From a virus (lineage: Duplodnaviria > Caudoviricetes): a stretch of 64,000 nucleotides of DNA. The stretch lies in IMG/VR virus record IMGVR_UViG_3300025789_000018, one strand, 5' to 3'. This document shows, in pieces, positions 46,279 to 57,131 of this stretch. The notes under the pieces were generated by a model. That model was not told the origin of the DNA. It saw only the letters and a program-made list of their open reading frames with translations, and did no database searches. A program made the translations under genes and the position numbers. Within the stretch, counting starts at the first letter, position 1; each line of letters begins with the position of its first letter.

Positions 46279-46311
46279 AATTTGATTTCTCCCTGAGAGC
46301 TAATTTATTAG

Positions 46312-46319
46312 TATTTATA
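46312..46319 (-). promoter_or_regulatory. Late promoter TATAAATA for gp22
   Basis: Exact consensus. Confidence 0.85.
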
Positions 46320-46324
46320 TATTC

Positions 46325-46993
46325 TTATCTTTTGACCAATGAATTTACGAAATTCTCGAACATTCTGACCTTATTTTCTTGAATTTGTCTTGTGGACATT
46401 TTCTTAATTTCTGTTTTAACAGCTTCAACCTGTCTCCAAGAACCTTCAGCAATATCATACCACCATTCAGTACCTTCCATAATGCCCTTAACAAAAGCAT
46501 CAGGAGCTGATGGATCAGCAACAATATCAGCAGCAGTAGCAAGCATAAAGTCATTTTGAACTTCCATAATGCCATCTTTGTTTTGTTTTAGCGAACCCAT
46601 GCCTCTTGACGAAACACCAAGGTTAGCACCAGCATCAATAAGGTTTCTGGCAATGTTTCCCATAGGGGTCTCAAGAACTTGCGCTCTACCGATATAGTTA
46701 GGTCCATCTTTACGCAGTTCTTTGATCATGTGCGATACGCGATCTAGATTAATTGTAGGACCCGATGGGTGATTAAGTTCACCATAGGCTCTGTTTGATT
46801 CAATTAGAGATTTTGTGTAACGTGCAACTTCTCTATCCATTACTTCTTCTGGATACATTCTTCCGTTGCGATTTTTAATTGATGACTGAAGAAATACACC
46901 TTCAATGAAGTAATTCTTCTTACCGTTTTCGGTAGTCTCTTTAAGAGTTCTTACGTCTTCAATTTTTTCGCAAATTAGTAAAGCGCCGCTCAT
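46325..46993 (-). CDS. gp21: Prohead protease (T4 gp21-like)
   Basis: KNRNGRMYP, GELNHP, GVSSRGMG, DIVADPSAPDA. Confidence 0.97.
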   Translation of the reverse strand: MSGALLICEKIEDVRTLKETTENGKKNYFIEGVFLQSSIKNRNGRMYPEEVMDREVARYTKSLIESNRAYGELNHPSGPTINLDRVSHMIKELRKDGPNYIGRAQVLETPMGNIARNLIDAGANLGVSSRGMGSLKQNKDGIMEVQNDFMLATAADIVADPSAPDAFVKGIMEGTEWWYDIAEGSWRQVEAVKTEIKKMSTRQIQENKVRMFENFVNSLVKR

Positions 46994-48588
46994 TACTTGG
47001 TTCCTTTGCTTCTCTTATTGATCAGATGCTTTTTGAAATCAGTACGAATAGCATCTAGCGCGTCACTATCGTTTGTTGTTGTTATGCCGCCTTCATCGGG
47101 AGATAACTTCTCGCCTTTGACTGGCTTCTTGTTGTTGAACTTAATATCTTTGAGTTCAGGAGAAACGTAATCAGCAGATTCAGTAGCAGGAACTTTAGCT
47201 TTGCTGTGTTTTGCTAATTTTGAAAAAGCAAGTTTTCTTCCTTTTCCATGACCTGTTTTTCCTACAGGACCTGATACAAATTCATTTTCTGGTTCTGTTT
47301 TATCTAAAAACGAAGTAGCAGTTTTTTTAGAAATTTCATCAAGCTGATCCACATCTTCTTTGATATTATATGGCTTTGACAGCATATTATTATATCTATG
47401 CATTCTTTCTCTGTGATGAGTTAGACGTTCTGCGTGATGATCAATATGCGAGTTAATTTCATCTTCAGCTCCGCGCATCCAATTGTGATCATCAGTTGGT
47501 ATTCCTAGATTCCCTGATTTGAGATCATGATGAGCATCTTCCCAATTCTGGAGTTCATCTTTATGATGTTTATATCTTTCGCGATGATGCTTAACTAGGT
47601 CTCTAGTTCCACTTTCCGAATTTTTAAAAATTGATGATTTCGGTTGTGCTTTTGGTGGACCATCACGCAGACGAGCTTGCGCGGCTCTAAGAGCGGGAGT
47701 AACTTCTCTAGCTTCTCCGAGCGCACGTGTTAGTCTAGTATAAGATTCACTCTTCATGCTACCTTGAGCTGAAGAATAAGCATTTGGCTTCATTTCAGTA
47801 TTGTCATCAGTCGATTTCTTTTCGTTTGATGTATCCTGAGATGATGTTGCAGCTGTTTCATAAATGTCATTGATATAAGTTAAAGCATACTCAATTTTTT
47901 GAGCATCTTCTTGGCTAATGTCTTTATTGTCTGACATCATTTCGTATAGCTGGGCTGATGTTAGAGCAAGAGCTTCTAGCTGTTTTCTATATTCAGGAAC
48001 TTCAGTACCTTCGCCTGTATCGGGTTCAGAATCTGTTTCGTTCTTGAATTCACGAGAATTTGATGTTGGATTGCCGTCGCCTTGACCTGGAGAATCTGAA
48101 GTAGCAGGAGCAGCCGACATTGGGTCACCCATTTCTGCCATATACTCTTCGTTCTTCTTGCCGTAATATGCACCTAGTGCCATTCTAATGCGTGTTTTTT
48201 TGTCTTTACCTGCAAAACGAGGATCTTTAGATTTAACAAAATCATCAATTACAGGACCAGCGCCTCTTGACATATCTAGCTTTTCTAGAATATCGTCAAA
48301 TGATTCGTATACGTATTCATCTTCTTCAGCCGAGCTATCGATATCTGCCTTTACAGTATCGTCTTTCTTAGCTTTCTTGCCTATCTCAAACTGTTCGCTG
48401 CCGCCTTTAACGCCTGGGGGAGCATTCTTTTGGTCATTTTTGAGATTGTCAATAATCTTAACAACGTGTTTCTTAAAGAAACGAACTTCATCCCCAGCAG
48501 TTGGCTTAGGCTGATAGTATTTCGGGTTAGGTACAGTTCCCTTAGATAAGCGAACCTGTGTTTGACTTAGGTCTTGATTTTCAGCCAT
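46993..48588 (-). CDS. Large prohead-core/internal protein in the gp68 position
   Basis: Between gp67 and gp21; start reassigned to ATG 48588 (MAENQD); DDFVKSKDPRFAGKDKKTRIRMALGAYY motif, His-rich helix, LDEISKK motif. Confidence 0.65.
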   Translation of the reverse strand: MAENQDLSQTQVRLSKGTVPNPKYYQPKPTAGDEVRFFKKHVVKIIDNLKNDQKNAPPGVKGGSEQFEIGKKAKKDDTVKADIDSSAEEDEYVYESFDDILEKLDMSRGAGPVIDDFVKSKDPRFAGKDKKTRIRMALGAYYGKKNEEYMAEMGDPMSAAPATSDSPGQGDGNPTSNSREFKNETDSEPDTGEGTEVPEYRKQLEALALTSAQLYEMMSDNKDISQEDAQKIEYALTYINDIYETAATSSQDTSNEKKSTDDNTEMKPNAYSSAQGSMKSESYTRLTRALGEAREVTPALRAAQARLRDGPPKAQPKSSIFKNSESGTRDLVKHHRERYKHHKDELQNWEDAHHDLKSGNLGIPTDDHNWMRGAEDEINSHIDHHAERLTHHRERMHRYNNMLSKPYNIKEDVDQLDEISKKTATSFLDKTEPENEFVSGPVGKTGHGKGRKLAFSKLAKHSKAKVPATESADYVSPELKDIKFNNKKPVKGEKLSPDEGGITTTNDSDALDAIRTDFKKHLINKRSKGTK

Positions 48589-48589
48589 C

Positions 48590-48799
48590 TTATTCCTCTG
48601 TATCCTCTCCGTCATCCTCGTAGTCATCACTTTGTGGTGTAGCATCGAGGAATCTTTGTGCGATTAAAACTTTTTGGACTTCTAATTCTTGTGCCGCTTT
48701 CTGCATCATTACGTCATGTACAGCAGCTCCGAGATTTACTTTATCTCCCGCCACAATCATATTAACTACGTCATCAATGGTGTAAGTATCTTCTGGCAT
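48590..48799 (-). CDS. gp67: Prohead core protein (T4 gp67-like)
   Basis: Small acidic protein directly after portal; start at ATG 48799 behind GGAG. Confidence 0.75.
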   Translation of the reverse strand: MPEDTYTIDDVVNMIVAGDKVNLGAAVHDVMMQKAAQELEVQKVLIAQRFLDATPQSDDYEDDGEDTEE

Positions 48800-48826
48800 A
48801 ATATTCTCCAATAATCTATTTATTAT

Positions 48827-50443
48827 TTATGCTTCTTTAGGAACTTTTGGTGCTTTTGGTGCCTTTTCGGGAGTAGGAGCATTACCTGACTCGCTCGAAT
48901 CCGCCGCTAATTTTGCATCAGCATTATCAGTTCCTTCTACGCCTTGATCCATTTGCAGAGCAGTTAATCCAGGTGTATTGTTTTGGATTTCAAATTCGAT
49001 TTCAGTATCCATCTGTTCAATATCCGAGTCCGTCATTCTTAGAACGTTCTTACGCACCCACTCAACAGAGTAATACTTACCGACATATGGGTCGATCTGC
49101 TGTAGGGTGGTTAGACGCTCACGAAGAATTTCACTGTCTTTAAGTTCAGCAAAATAGTTATCACGGCGGAAGTCAAAGTGAATAGAATCTTTAATTGAAT
49201 CCCAGTCTTCAGTTGTAAGAATACCAGTCAAGATAAGCTGCTTTTCTAGAGCTTTCATGAATAGTTCTGAGAATTTCAAACGAAGGCGATATACAAACTT
49301 CTGAAACTTTAATTCATCACGAGTAATTTCTGACGAACGACCCATATTGAATCCTGATTCTGATTCAAGTCTAGAAACAGGAACGTTGAGTGATCTGTAT
49401 AGTTTCTTTTCGAAATAATGAACGTCAGCAAGTTCACCTAGATTTTGGCCCGATGGCAAAGTTGTAATTTCAGTACCACGACCTTCGCTACGACGAGGTA
49501 GCCAGTAGTCTTCGAGCATGGTCATGAATTTACGATCGTCTCTCATGTCACCAGTCGTGGCATCATAGACTAGACGATTTTTATGGCGGGTCATCATATC
49601 TCTAACATGCTGCTCTGCCTTAATCTTTGGCAGGTTACCAACGTCAATATAGAAAATGCGACGTTCTGGTGCGCGTGAGATACGATAGATTACAGTAGCG
49701 TCTTCAAGAACGCGCAGCTGGTTTAATGGCTTGATTGCTTTATGTAGGTGTCCGAGAACAATTTTATTGTCCTTATCTACAATACCTGAGGTAACATGAA
49801 TGATTGAATCTTTAGAAATCTGAAGACCCTGGTTATCCATGTTAGAAGCCGAAGATCCTTTGAATCCTCTTTCGTTAAACATATAGAACTCTGATTCTAT
49901 GATGTTAACATACATTCCATTCTTTTTGATTCTCTTAACAGGACGAACCTTACGAATCTTTCTTGGATCAACATAACGCAATTCTTGAATACCAGAACGA
50001 GGGTTTGCTGTATCAATCATGATATGATAATACATTCTGCCATCAATATACCAACGACGGAAAATATCATATCCGTGAGTGTTGATTTGAAGCATTCTAG
50101 AAATTTCGTCCCACTGACCTTTGATAGCATCTTTGATAGTGTCTTCTAGTGGAACGTCATCGAGGTTTAGCTCAACGATTTTGTCATTATCTTCTTTTAC
50201 AATAGCTTCGTTTACGATATCGTCAATAGCCAATTCGCATTCTGGTTGAATTGACATTTCACGATATTTTGCTACGATTTCTGCTTCAGTCTTGGCGGAA
50301 CCTTCAAGATCTAAATATGTCCCGAAAGTTCCGCCCGCTGAAACAACTAATGCGCCATCGTCTGTTTCTTTTGAAACAAAAGATTGTATCGACGATGTAT
50401 CTTCTACGGCTCTTTTAATTTCAAAGCCAAACAGTTGTGCCAT
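48827..50443 (-). CDS. gp20: Portal protein (T4 gp20-like)
   Basis: FRRWYIDGR, HKAIKPLNQLRVLEDA.VIYRISRAPERRIFYIDVGNLP, EDYWLPRR. Confidence 0.98.
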   Translation of the reverse strand: MAQLFGFEIKRAVEDTSSIQSFVSKETDDGALVVSAGGTFGTYLDLEGSAKTEAEIVAKYREMSIQPECELAIDDIVNEAIVKEDNDKIVELNLDDVPLEDTIKDAIKGQWDEISRMLQINTHGYDIFRRWYIDGRMYYHIMIDTANPRSGIQELRYVDPRKIRKVRPVKRIKKNGMYVNIIESEFYMFNERGFKGSSASNMDNQGLQISKDSIIHVTSGIVDKDNKIVLGHLHKAIKPLNQLRVLEDATVIYRISRAPERRIFYIDVGNLPKIKAEQHVRDMMTRHKNRLVYDATTGDMRDDRKFMTMLEDYWLPRRSEGRGTEITTLPSGQNLGELADVHYFEKKLYRSLNVPVSRLESESGFNMGRSSEITRDELKFQKFVYRLRLKFSELFMKALEKQLILTGILTTEDWDSIKDSIHFDFRRDNYFAELKDSEILRERLTTLQQIDPYVGKYYSVEWVRKNVLRMTDSDIEQMDTEIEFEIQNNTPGLTALQMDQGVEGTDNADAKLAADSSESGNAPTPEKAPKAPKVPKEA

Positions 50444-50481
50444 GTTACCTCACAATTTAATTAATCATTATATTATATATG

Positions 50482-51033
50482 TTACGCTCCGCCAGCGTTT
50501 CCAGTAGTTCCGTTAGTTACTTCCCACCAGTCGTAGTTGAAGTTAACAGTGAATTCTTCAATCTGGTCAGTTGCGCTCCAGTCAAGACCAATTGACGCAA
50601 CGTTTTCAGGGTAAATACCATGGAAAGTGTATTGTCTTAGAGTCTTACCTGTCTTGCTGAACTGAGTAACAATAGCGTTTGACTTGTACAGAATAGGAGC
50701 AGAGCTGCTAAAGGTTCTTAAGTTTCCTTGTAGCGAGTTGATCTTATTTGTCCATTGTTCAAGAGCATTACGGATCAGGAAGTCTTCATCATTGATGATT
50801 GTTACTGCCCAAGGGTCAAAAGTGCGATCGCCCGCAAGTTTGATCATTCTTCCGAAATAAGGAACTTGGATAGTTCCTAGATTTGAAGAAGGAAGAGATG
50901 CTGCTTTGCAAAGGAATGGAACCTTTACGTCAGCAATAGAGTTTGCTGGGTTGCTGAACTGCACTTGGAATAGTGACTGTCTTGCACCACCAAATTCTAA
51001 TTGAGCTTTAAATTGTTCAATACTGAATGCCAT
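50482..51033 (-). CDS. gp19: Tail tube protein (T4 gp19-like)
   Basis: GGARQSLF, CKAASLP, PYFGRMIKLAGDRTFDPW, IEEFTVNF.YDWW. Confidence 0.96.
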   Translation of the reverse strand: MAFSIEQFKAQLEFGGARQSLFQVQFSNPANSIADVKVPFLCKAASLPSSNLGTIQVPYFGRMIKLAGDRTFDPWAVTIINDEDFLIRNALEQWTNKINSLQGNLRTFSSSAPILYKSNAIVTQFSKTGKTLRQYTFHGIYPENVASIGLDWSATDQIEEFTVNFNYDWWEVTNGTTGNAGGA

Positions 51034-51060
51034 CGTAGTATTCTCCTATCTTGCTATTTA

Positions 51061-53457
51061 TTAGAATTGGCCAACAATCGTCGAGAAGTCAACACCAGTT
51101 CTAACAGCAACGAAATTCAGCTGAATGAAGTTAATTGCTCTTGCAGGTTTGATGTAGATATCGCCAACGAACTGCTGATTATTGATAATCTGTGCAGTGT
51201 TATTGGTTGTATCACATACAATACGATAGTCTGTAATGCCTCTTCTTCCCTGAATATCTCTCAGATATGGATCAATCAGATTGATAAACTGAGTTCTTGT
51301 GAAGTCATCATTGAACTCGAATAGAGTATATTGAGCAGCCTTTTTAATTGCTTTCTCAAGAACAATGAATAGACGGCGAACGTTAATTCTATCGAATGCA
51401 CTTGGTTTAGTCGAAAGAGTTTTATCGCCGAACAGAACTGTACCTTGTCCTGGGAATGTAACAACTGGGTTAACAGCGTTTTGATATAGAAGATCACGAT
51501 CAGCTTTCTTAGGATTATAAGCAAGTTTGATTGTGTTCAGGATCTGTCCACGATTGTAGCCAGCTGGCGACCACCATGGATCGTTGGTATTATCTGTTCT
51601 TGCGCATAGACCAGCAACGTCACCGTTAAGTGGGATATAGCGATATACGTCGTTGTATTTGTCATATTGATACTTGTAACCTGTATCCATAACTGCATAT
51701 GTCGAAGAACGATTATACACGTTATTTCTGAAGTTTACAATATTTGCAGCTTCGAGGCCGACTTGGTTTACAACGTCTGACTTACGTGGAGAGATGAACG
51801 CCACGCAATCTCCGCGAGCCTGTGTGATGTTATCTGTAATATATCCTGGGATATATGCAGACGCATCAGTTCTTCCGCCAAGAACCAGAGAAATATCAAT
51901 ACTTTCTGGTGATCTGAAAAGATCGTATCCAGCAGCAATAGCTGCAGTTGCTACAGTTGTTTCGTCAGCACCATCTGAACCATAAGCGAACTGAATAGTT
52001 GTTGGTGATGCGCTAGTGACACTCGCAACAGTTCTTGTGTTTGCCGAAGCAGCTGTTGAAGCAACATCGTCGATGTTGTAAACATATACAGAGTTATCGT
52101 TGATTACCGATCTGTAATATAGAGTAGCTCCATCCGTTGTTTTGGCATCAGTGTTTCTTGACAGATTTTGGAAAGTCTCAAGAACTGTTCCTGGAATGCC
52201 TGTGAAGTATCCATAAGCATCTTGAACAACAACATGAACTTCGTCCTGTACCGATGCAGTACCGAAAGCAGCACCATATGTTGACTGGTAGATAGAAGTA
52301 CCAGGAGCGCCATTTACGTTATTGAAGAACTGCCAATAACGAGTAGCATTAGGATTTGAACCAGCGTTGTTTGCTGATGTATCGATAATGGTATTTGTCG
52401 ATAGGTTATAGTTTGTTGCAAGGTTCAGAGTAATAGCAGCAATTGAAGCGTTTACCGTTGTGTTACCAAGACTGATTGTGTTGGTTGTCTTTCCAGTAAC
52501 TTGGACGTATTGAGTACCAATTGTAGTATTACCTAGAGCAATAATGTCGCCGATTGCGATCGAGCTGTTTGCAGTGCTTTGTGCAGTTGCATTTGATACA
52601 GTCCAAGCAACAGTACTATTACCAACAGTAGCCGAACCTGTTCCAGTAAAGGTTGGTGCTACGTTTGATGTGAAGTACAGTGTTAGAGTATTGCTTCCGA
52701 TAGAAGCAAAGCCAGACATAATTGCGTTTGCTGTTACAGTTGAGTTTGCGATATTCGAAGAATATTGCTGAGAACCAGCGCAAACAGAAACAAGCAGCGA
52801 GCTACCAAGAGCGCCTGGATACTTAGCGATAAATGGCACTTTGTTGGTATCGTTAGAAAGTGGATAAGTTTTATTCTGAACAGCAGCATCATACGCTGCT
52901 CTGTTGTTAAGAATATATGAACCTAGTGGGTTCGAGATAGCAGCTGTGTTCGCAATAGCAGTGAATGGAGCAGTTGCGTTAGCAAAAAGGAAACTTACTG
53001 CTGATGCGTTAGCAGTGATATTTTGTGTTAGAGTAACAACAGAAGTAGTGGAGTTAGACGATACTGTTGAAACCTGAGTATTCGCAGGAACAATAGACGA
53101 ATATACGATATCGCCAACGTTAATAGCAGTTGTAAGCGGCAATGTAATGCTATTTGCTGCGCTATTGCTTGTTGCTGTTACTGCAGCTGATGTGCCGTTG
53201 CTTGCAGCGCGGCCAACATATAGAGCGTTGCCGTATGCAAGGAAGTTTGCGGCTGTGAAGAATGTTTCTGGGTTTAGGTTTGATGGTTTACCAAAAGTAT
53301 TAACTAATTGCGACTCTGTTCCAATTAGAACTGGAGATAGAACCGGACCCCAACGAAATAGACCCGCGATAGCTCCTGTTGTAGTAGCTACTGCAGGAAC
53401 AACGGTAGTTAGGTCAATTTCGCTTACTGTTACACCTGGGCTTATGCTGAATGCCAT
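51061..53457 (-). CDS. gp18: Tail sheath protein (T4 gp18-like) with large Ala/Thr/Asn/Ser-rich insertion
   Basis: SPGVTVSEIDLT, PLNGDVAGLCARTD, WWSPAG, FDRINVRRLF, FEFND; 798 aa. Confidence 0.97.
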   Translation of the reverse strand: MAFSISPGVTVSEIDLTTVVPAVATTTGAIAGLFRWGPVLSPVLIGTESQLVNTFGKPSNLNPETFFTAANFLAYGNALYVGRAASNGTSAAVTATSNSAANSITLPLTTAINVGDIVYSSIVPANTQVSTVSSNSTTSVVTLTQNITANASAVSFLFANATAPFTAIANTAAISNPLGSYILNNRAAYDAAVQNKTYPLSNDTNKVPFIAKYPGALGSSLLVSVCAGSQQYSSNIANSTVTANAIMSGFASIGSNTLTLYFTSNVAPTFTGTGSATVGNSTVAWTVSNATAQSTANSSIAIGDIIALGNTTIGTQYVQVTGKTTNTISLGNTTVNASIAAITLNLATNYNLSTNTIIDTSANNAGSNPNATRYWQFFNNVNGAPGTSIYQSTYGAAFGTASVQDEVHVVVQDAYGYFTGIPGTVLETFQNLSRNTDAKTTDGATLYYRSVINDNSVYVYNIDDVASTAASANTRTVASVTSASPTTIQFAYGSDGADETTVATAAIAAGYDLFRSPESIDISLVLGGRTDASAYIPGYITDNITQARGDCVAFISPRKSDVVNQVGLEAANIVNFRNNVYNRSSTYAVMDTGYKYQYDKYNDVYRYIPLNGDVAGLCARTDNTNDPWWSPAGYNRGQILNTIKLAYNPKKADRDLLYQNAVNPVVTFPGQGTVLFGDKTLSTKPSAFDRINVRRLFIVLEKAIKKAAQYTLFEFNDDFTRTQFINLIDPYLRDIQGRRGITDYRIVCDTTNNTAQIINNQQFVGDIYIKPARAINFIQLNFVAVRTGVDFSTIVGQF

Positions 53458-53488
53458 TTTTGTCTCCTATTGAGGTCTTATTTTGTTA

Positions 53489-53496
53489 TATTTATA
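53489..53496 (-). promoter_or_regulatory. Late promoter TATAAATA for gp18
   Basis: Exact consensus. Confidence 0.85.
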
Positions 53497-53507
53497 AAAT
53501 TCAGGAA

Positions 53508-55175
53508 TTAGAAAAGGCTGATCCAGTCTGCATAGTTCCTATCTTCAACAGTATACACCACTTCCTCATCAGGACTACCATCATCAAAAACACCAAAAGG
53601 CAGAAGATCTTCCATAATTTCTTCTTCTGTTCTATCTCTTAATTTCGTAATTGTATTTATGTCTGAATACTCTTTGAAGAAATTCTGGTCAGTAAACCAA
53701 GAAAACAATACCAAACACATAACTAAGTCGTCATGCGCTCCAGGTTCTGCTTCATAAGAGTTTCCTTTTTTAGAAAACGTAGATAATTCTCTAATTGTAT
53801 CAAAATCGTTCACAATAAATTGATTTTGTTCTACTAATAATTTCAGCATAGAACATCCAACAGACTTAACTGTTTTTGTTGTTCTAATGCCTCTTTCTGC
53901 GCCACGACCGTAACCTAATGTTACTTTTTTCCCGCCCGCTCTACCGTCATGAGCTGTGTACAAAATATTATCGTATCCATATTCATACAACACGTTATCT
54001 GCAACTTGTCCACCAATATCGTTTATTTCAACAAGCAAAGCTGCATTGTTGTATACTTTACAGATATTGTATAAAGTCTTAGAATATTCAATAGGAGTTA
54101 TCATATTGTTTCTGTATGTACATACTTGCTGATACGGCAGAGACGTTACATCAACAATTTGGAAAGCTGAATAGTCTAGACCTTTACCTCTTGACGTATC
54201 TGCAACAACAGCGTAAATATGATTTTCTTCAGGCTGTTTGTATTGATTCAACCCATCCTTTGACATCAACGGATATTGCGGAACAAGCTCTTTTAATTTC
54301 CATCCCGAAATAAGCGTACCAGAACTTCCCAAGAACTGAACATTATATTCTTGGTCAAACTTTTCCTGATCACCACCCATACCTGCAAGGGTTGATCTTC
54401 TCCACTCTTCATCTCTTCCAGGAACTCTAGACCAATGAACTTCAATAGCGTTGTAATCATTTTTGCCGTTTTGCGCTTCTGCCCAAAGTTTGTAAAAGTG
54501 ATTGAGACCATTAGGCGTAGAAACTAGAACGATCTTAGTTGTTTTACCTGATGAAATAGTAGGGAAAACTGATGTGAAGAATTCTTCCCAGTTTTCAATG
54601 AACGCAGCTTCGTCGATGAATAGAAGGTTGATTGCGTAACCACGAATCGCTGAGGCTGACGTAGCAGATGCGATAACACGAGAATTATTTTCTAATTGGA
54701 AAGATCTTTTGTTCCATTCAATAACACCCTGTTGTAGCCATTTTGGTAGATGCTCATACGCTAACTGAACTTTGCCAAGAATTTCCTGAGCAGTTTCAGC
54801 TTTGTTGGCGAGAATAGCCACGTTCTTTTCAGGGTGGAACAATATGTACCAAAGAATAAATCCGCAGGTTGTTGTTGACTTGCCGACCTGACGAGCAGTT
54901 GTGATGATAGTATGGCGATTGTCTGCCATACTTTCGACCATTTCTTTCTGGAAATCATACATCTTGAACGGCACTAGACCTTCATCGACATTGATGATTT
55001 TCATGTATGTTTCAATAAAGTAGGTTACATCTTGAGAACACTTGATGTATTCTTTAACTAATTCTGGAGTCCACTCAACAGAAACATTAGTTCTTTTTAG
55101 GTTTGAATTTCCTTGATACCCTGTATAACCATGAATTACTGCATTAACAGAATTGCTCGAAGAATTTGCTGTCAT
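53508..55175 (-). CDS. gp17: Terminase large subunit (T4 gp17-like)
   Basis: RQVGKST, LFIDEAAF, VSTPNG, ADTSRG.G.DYSAF, HDDLVM. Confidence 0.98.
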   Translation of the reverse strand: MTANSSSNSVNAVIHGYTGYQGNSNLKRTNVSVEWTPELVKEYIKCSQDVTYFIETYMKIINVDEGLVPFKMYDFQKEMVESMADNRHTIITTARQVGKSTTTCGFILWYILFHPEKNVAILANKAETAQEILGKVQLAYEHLPKWLQQGVIEWNKRSFQLENNSRVIASATSASAIRGYAINLLFIDEAAFIENWEEFFTSVFPTISSGKTTKIVLVSTPNGLNHFYKLWAEAQNGKNDYNAIEVHWSRVPGRDEEWRRSTLAGMGGDQEKFDQEYNVQFLGSSGTLISGWKLKELVPQYPLMSKDGLNQYKQPEENHIYAVVADTSRGKGLDYSAFQIVDVTSLPYQQVCTYRNNMITPIEYSKTLYNICKVYNNAALLVEINDIGGQVADNVLYEYGYDNILYTAHDGRAGGKKVTLGYGRGAERGIRTTKTVKSVGCSMLKLLVEQNQFIVNDFDTIRELSTFSKKGNSYEAEPGAHDDLVMCLVLFSWFTDQNFFKEYSDINTITKLRDRTEEEIMEDLLPFGVFDDGSPDEEVVYTVEDRNYADWISLF

Positions 55176-55588
55176 TATTCACCTATCTCGCCTTTCAATA
55201 ATTTCTGTAACGCCGCAGTACTTCCGACAAACAGATTGTTATTTACCGTTCCTGGATTGTTTGGTGATGCAGCTGGTGCTTGCTTTTCAATTTCTTTAAT
55301 TTGCTTACTTAATGCAAGAAGCTCTTTGTTTGCGCTCACTAATTCTTTCATCATAGTAGCCACTACCTCATACGCGCGAGGATGTTGTGTCTGCGTAGCA
55401 AAATCAATCATATCGCCCAGAGCCTCAGCACCATCTTCAATGATGCTTCTAAGATTTTCTCTTGCATAATTAAAATCATCAACCGCTGCATTTCCTGTTG
55501 CTTCAGGAGTTTCTACGATTTCTTTTTCAATTTTCGCAGGAAGCGGTGATACATTTAGAATTTTGCTTATGTTTTCAGTGTTTGCCAT
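55175..55588 (-). CDS. gp16: Terminase small subunit (T4 gp16-like)
   Basis: DDFNYARENL...HPRAYEVVA...NNNLFVGST. Confidence 0.93.
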   Translation of the reverse strand: MANTENISKILNVSPLPAKIEKEIVETPEATGNAAVDDFNYARENLRSIIEDGAEALGDMIDFATQTQHPRAYEVVATMMKELVSANKELLALSKQIKEIEKQAPAASPNNPGTVNNNLFVGSTAALQKLLKGEIGE

Positions 55589-56397
55589 TATAAGTTTTCC
55601 GTAAAGTCATAAATGAATCCATAATTTGAATTAGCTTGTATTAGATTTCTTGCAATCGATAGTGATGCATTGGTTGTTGGAGTACCGTTAGCAAGTTGTC
55701 CTGGAGTTATTGTAGAAGTGAATACAGGAGTTGTGTTAGAAGTTACAATTGTATCATCATAAAGATTAGTAATAGCCTGTGTGATGACACCACCCTTACT
55801 CGTTGGACCGTATAGATAACCTTTAAGAGTAAATTCTAAAGTCCATACAATCGCTCTTCTATTTTCAAACCCGTTTTCATAATTATCTTCCATGCTAACA
55901 GATTTAATAACAACAGGAATATCCATTGAGATATTCATTTCAGGGATTATGTTTATAGTTGCTGTCCACTCTGGTTTAAAGAATGGCAAAATTTGTTCAA
56001 TTATCTGTGTTCCATCATCAGCATTTCTGGTCATTACTGACATAGTAATATCAAAATCGTAAGGCACAGGATTAAACTGTGTCAAAAATGTTGATGCATC
56101 TCCAGAAAGATTTTTATTTCTTGAGATTGATGTTAGTTTTCTCTCTTCAGCATATCTAAAACTTTTAATTTCAAACGAAATTCTAGGAAGAATAGTATCA
56201 ATTTGTCTCAACAGATCAGGATTCTGTTCTATGCGTGTGAGATATCTTTCTCTAGGTCCATAGGCAATAGGAACATTTATTTCATTAAGAAGATTTCCTG
56301 AGGAATCAAATCTCTGAACAGTGATGTCATTAAACAGCGTACCAAATAGGACGATGTATTTTCTTATTGTGCCAAAATAGTACGTATATCCAAACAT
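55588..56397 (-). CDS. gp15: Tail sheath stabiliser/completion protein (T4 gp15-like)
   Basis: FGTLFNDI, VPIAYGPRE, LPRISFE, EQILPFF.P. Confidence 0.95.
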   Translation of the reverse strand: MFGYTYYFGTIRKYIVLFGTLFNDITVQRFDSSGNLLNEINVPIAYGPRERYLTRIEQNPDLLRQIDTILPRISFEIKSFRYAEERKLTSISRNKNLSGDASTFLTQFNPVPYDFDITMSVMTRNADDGTQIIEQILPFFKPEWTATINIIPEMNISMDIPVVIKSVSMEDNYENGFENRRAIVWTLEFTLKGYLYGPTSKGGVITQAITNLYDDTIVTSNTTPVFTSTITPGQLANGTPTTNASLSIARNLIQANSNYGFIYDFTENL

Positions 56398-57131
56398 TAG
56401 AAAGTTCCTCCTTCACTAAACGGATCTTTAATCGAGAAATCAATAAAGCCGCTTGCTGTGTTTTGGAAGAATTCATTCTCTTGTCCAAACAATGGATTGT
56501 CTGGTTGATTTGATCCGAAGTTTTCTGTTACAAATGGTTCAGATGCTTCAGAAGTAATGCCGGTATTTGATTCGGTATCTATTGATCCACCAGTTGCCTT
56601 TTGTGAATAATTGTTTGAGACTTGGTCAATGACATCGACACCAGTATCGAAAGTTTCGCTGCTGTAGTTGAATTTCTCGCAACGCAATTCATAGTGCTGT
56701 AGAGCACCAGTTTGATAGAAAGTTGACTCGTGTTCTACAAACTTGATTTCAAAAATCCCTGTTGTGAATGGGAAATACAACAGATCACCTTCGCGCGGAC
56801 GAGCGAAATTATACTGTCTTCCAACTTCTTCATCAAATCTACGACGAGCAACACACATAGTAAGTGTATCACCAACCATTAGCCCAAATTTAGACATCAG
56901 ATCACCATCACCACCGAATCCAGCATAATCTTTAAGATACATTTCAATCTGTATTGCATTGTCAAACTTAGAAGAAGAATCTTCACCAAACAACTCATCC
57001 AAGTTTACATGAGTTCTTGGCATATAATATACGTCAATACCATGCATCTTAATCATCTCTGTAGCGAGATCATTAAGGAGGTTTTGTTCTCCGTTGAATC
57101 CGTAAAGGTTAAAGAATGGATTAGTTGGCAT
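56397..57131 (-). CDS. gp14: Neck protein (T4 gp14-like)
   Basis: EQNLLNDL..E.IKMHG.DVYY.PR, SKFGL, PREGDLLYFP, FEIKFVEHE. Confidence 0.95.
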   Translation of the reverse strand: MPTNPFFNLYGFNGEQNLLNDLATEMIKMHGIDVYYMPRTHVNLDELFGEDSSSKFDNAIQIEMYLKDYAGFGGDGDLMSKFGLMVGDTLTMCVARRRFDEEVGRQYNFARPREGDLLYFPFTTGIFEIKFVEHESTFYQTGALQHYELRCEKFNYSSETFDTGVDVIDQVSNNYSQKATGGSIDTESNTGITSEASEPFVTENFGSNQPDNPLFGQENEFFQNTASGFIDFSIKDPFSEGGTF

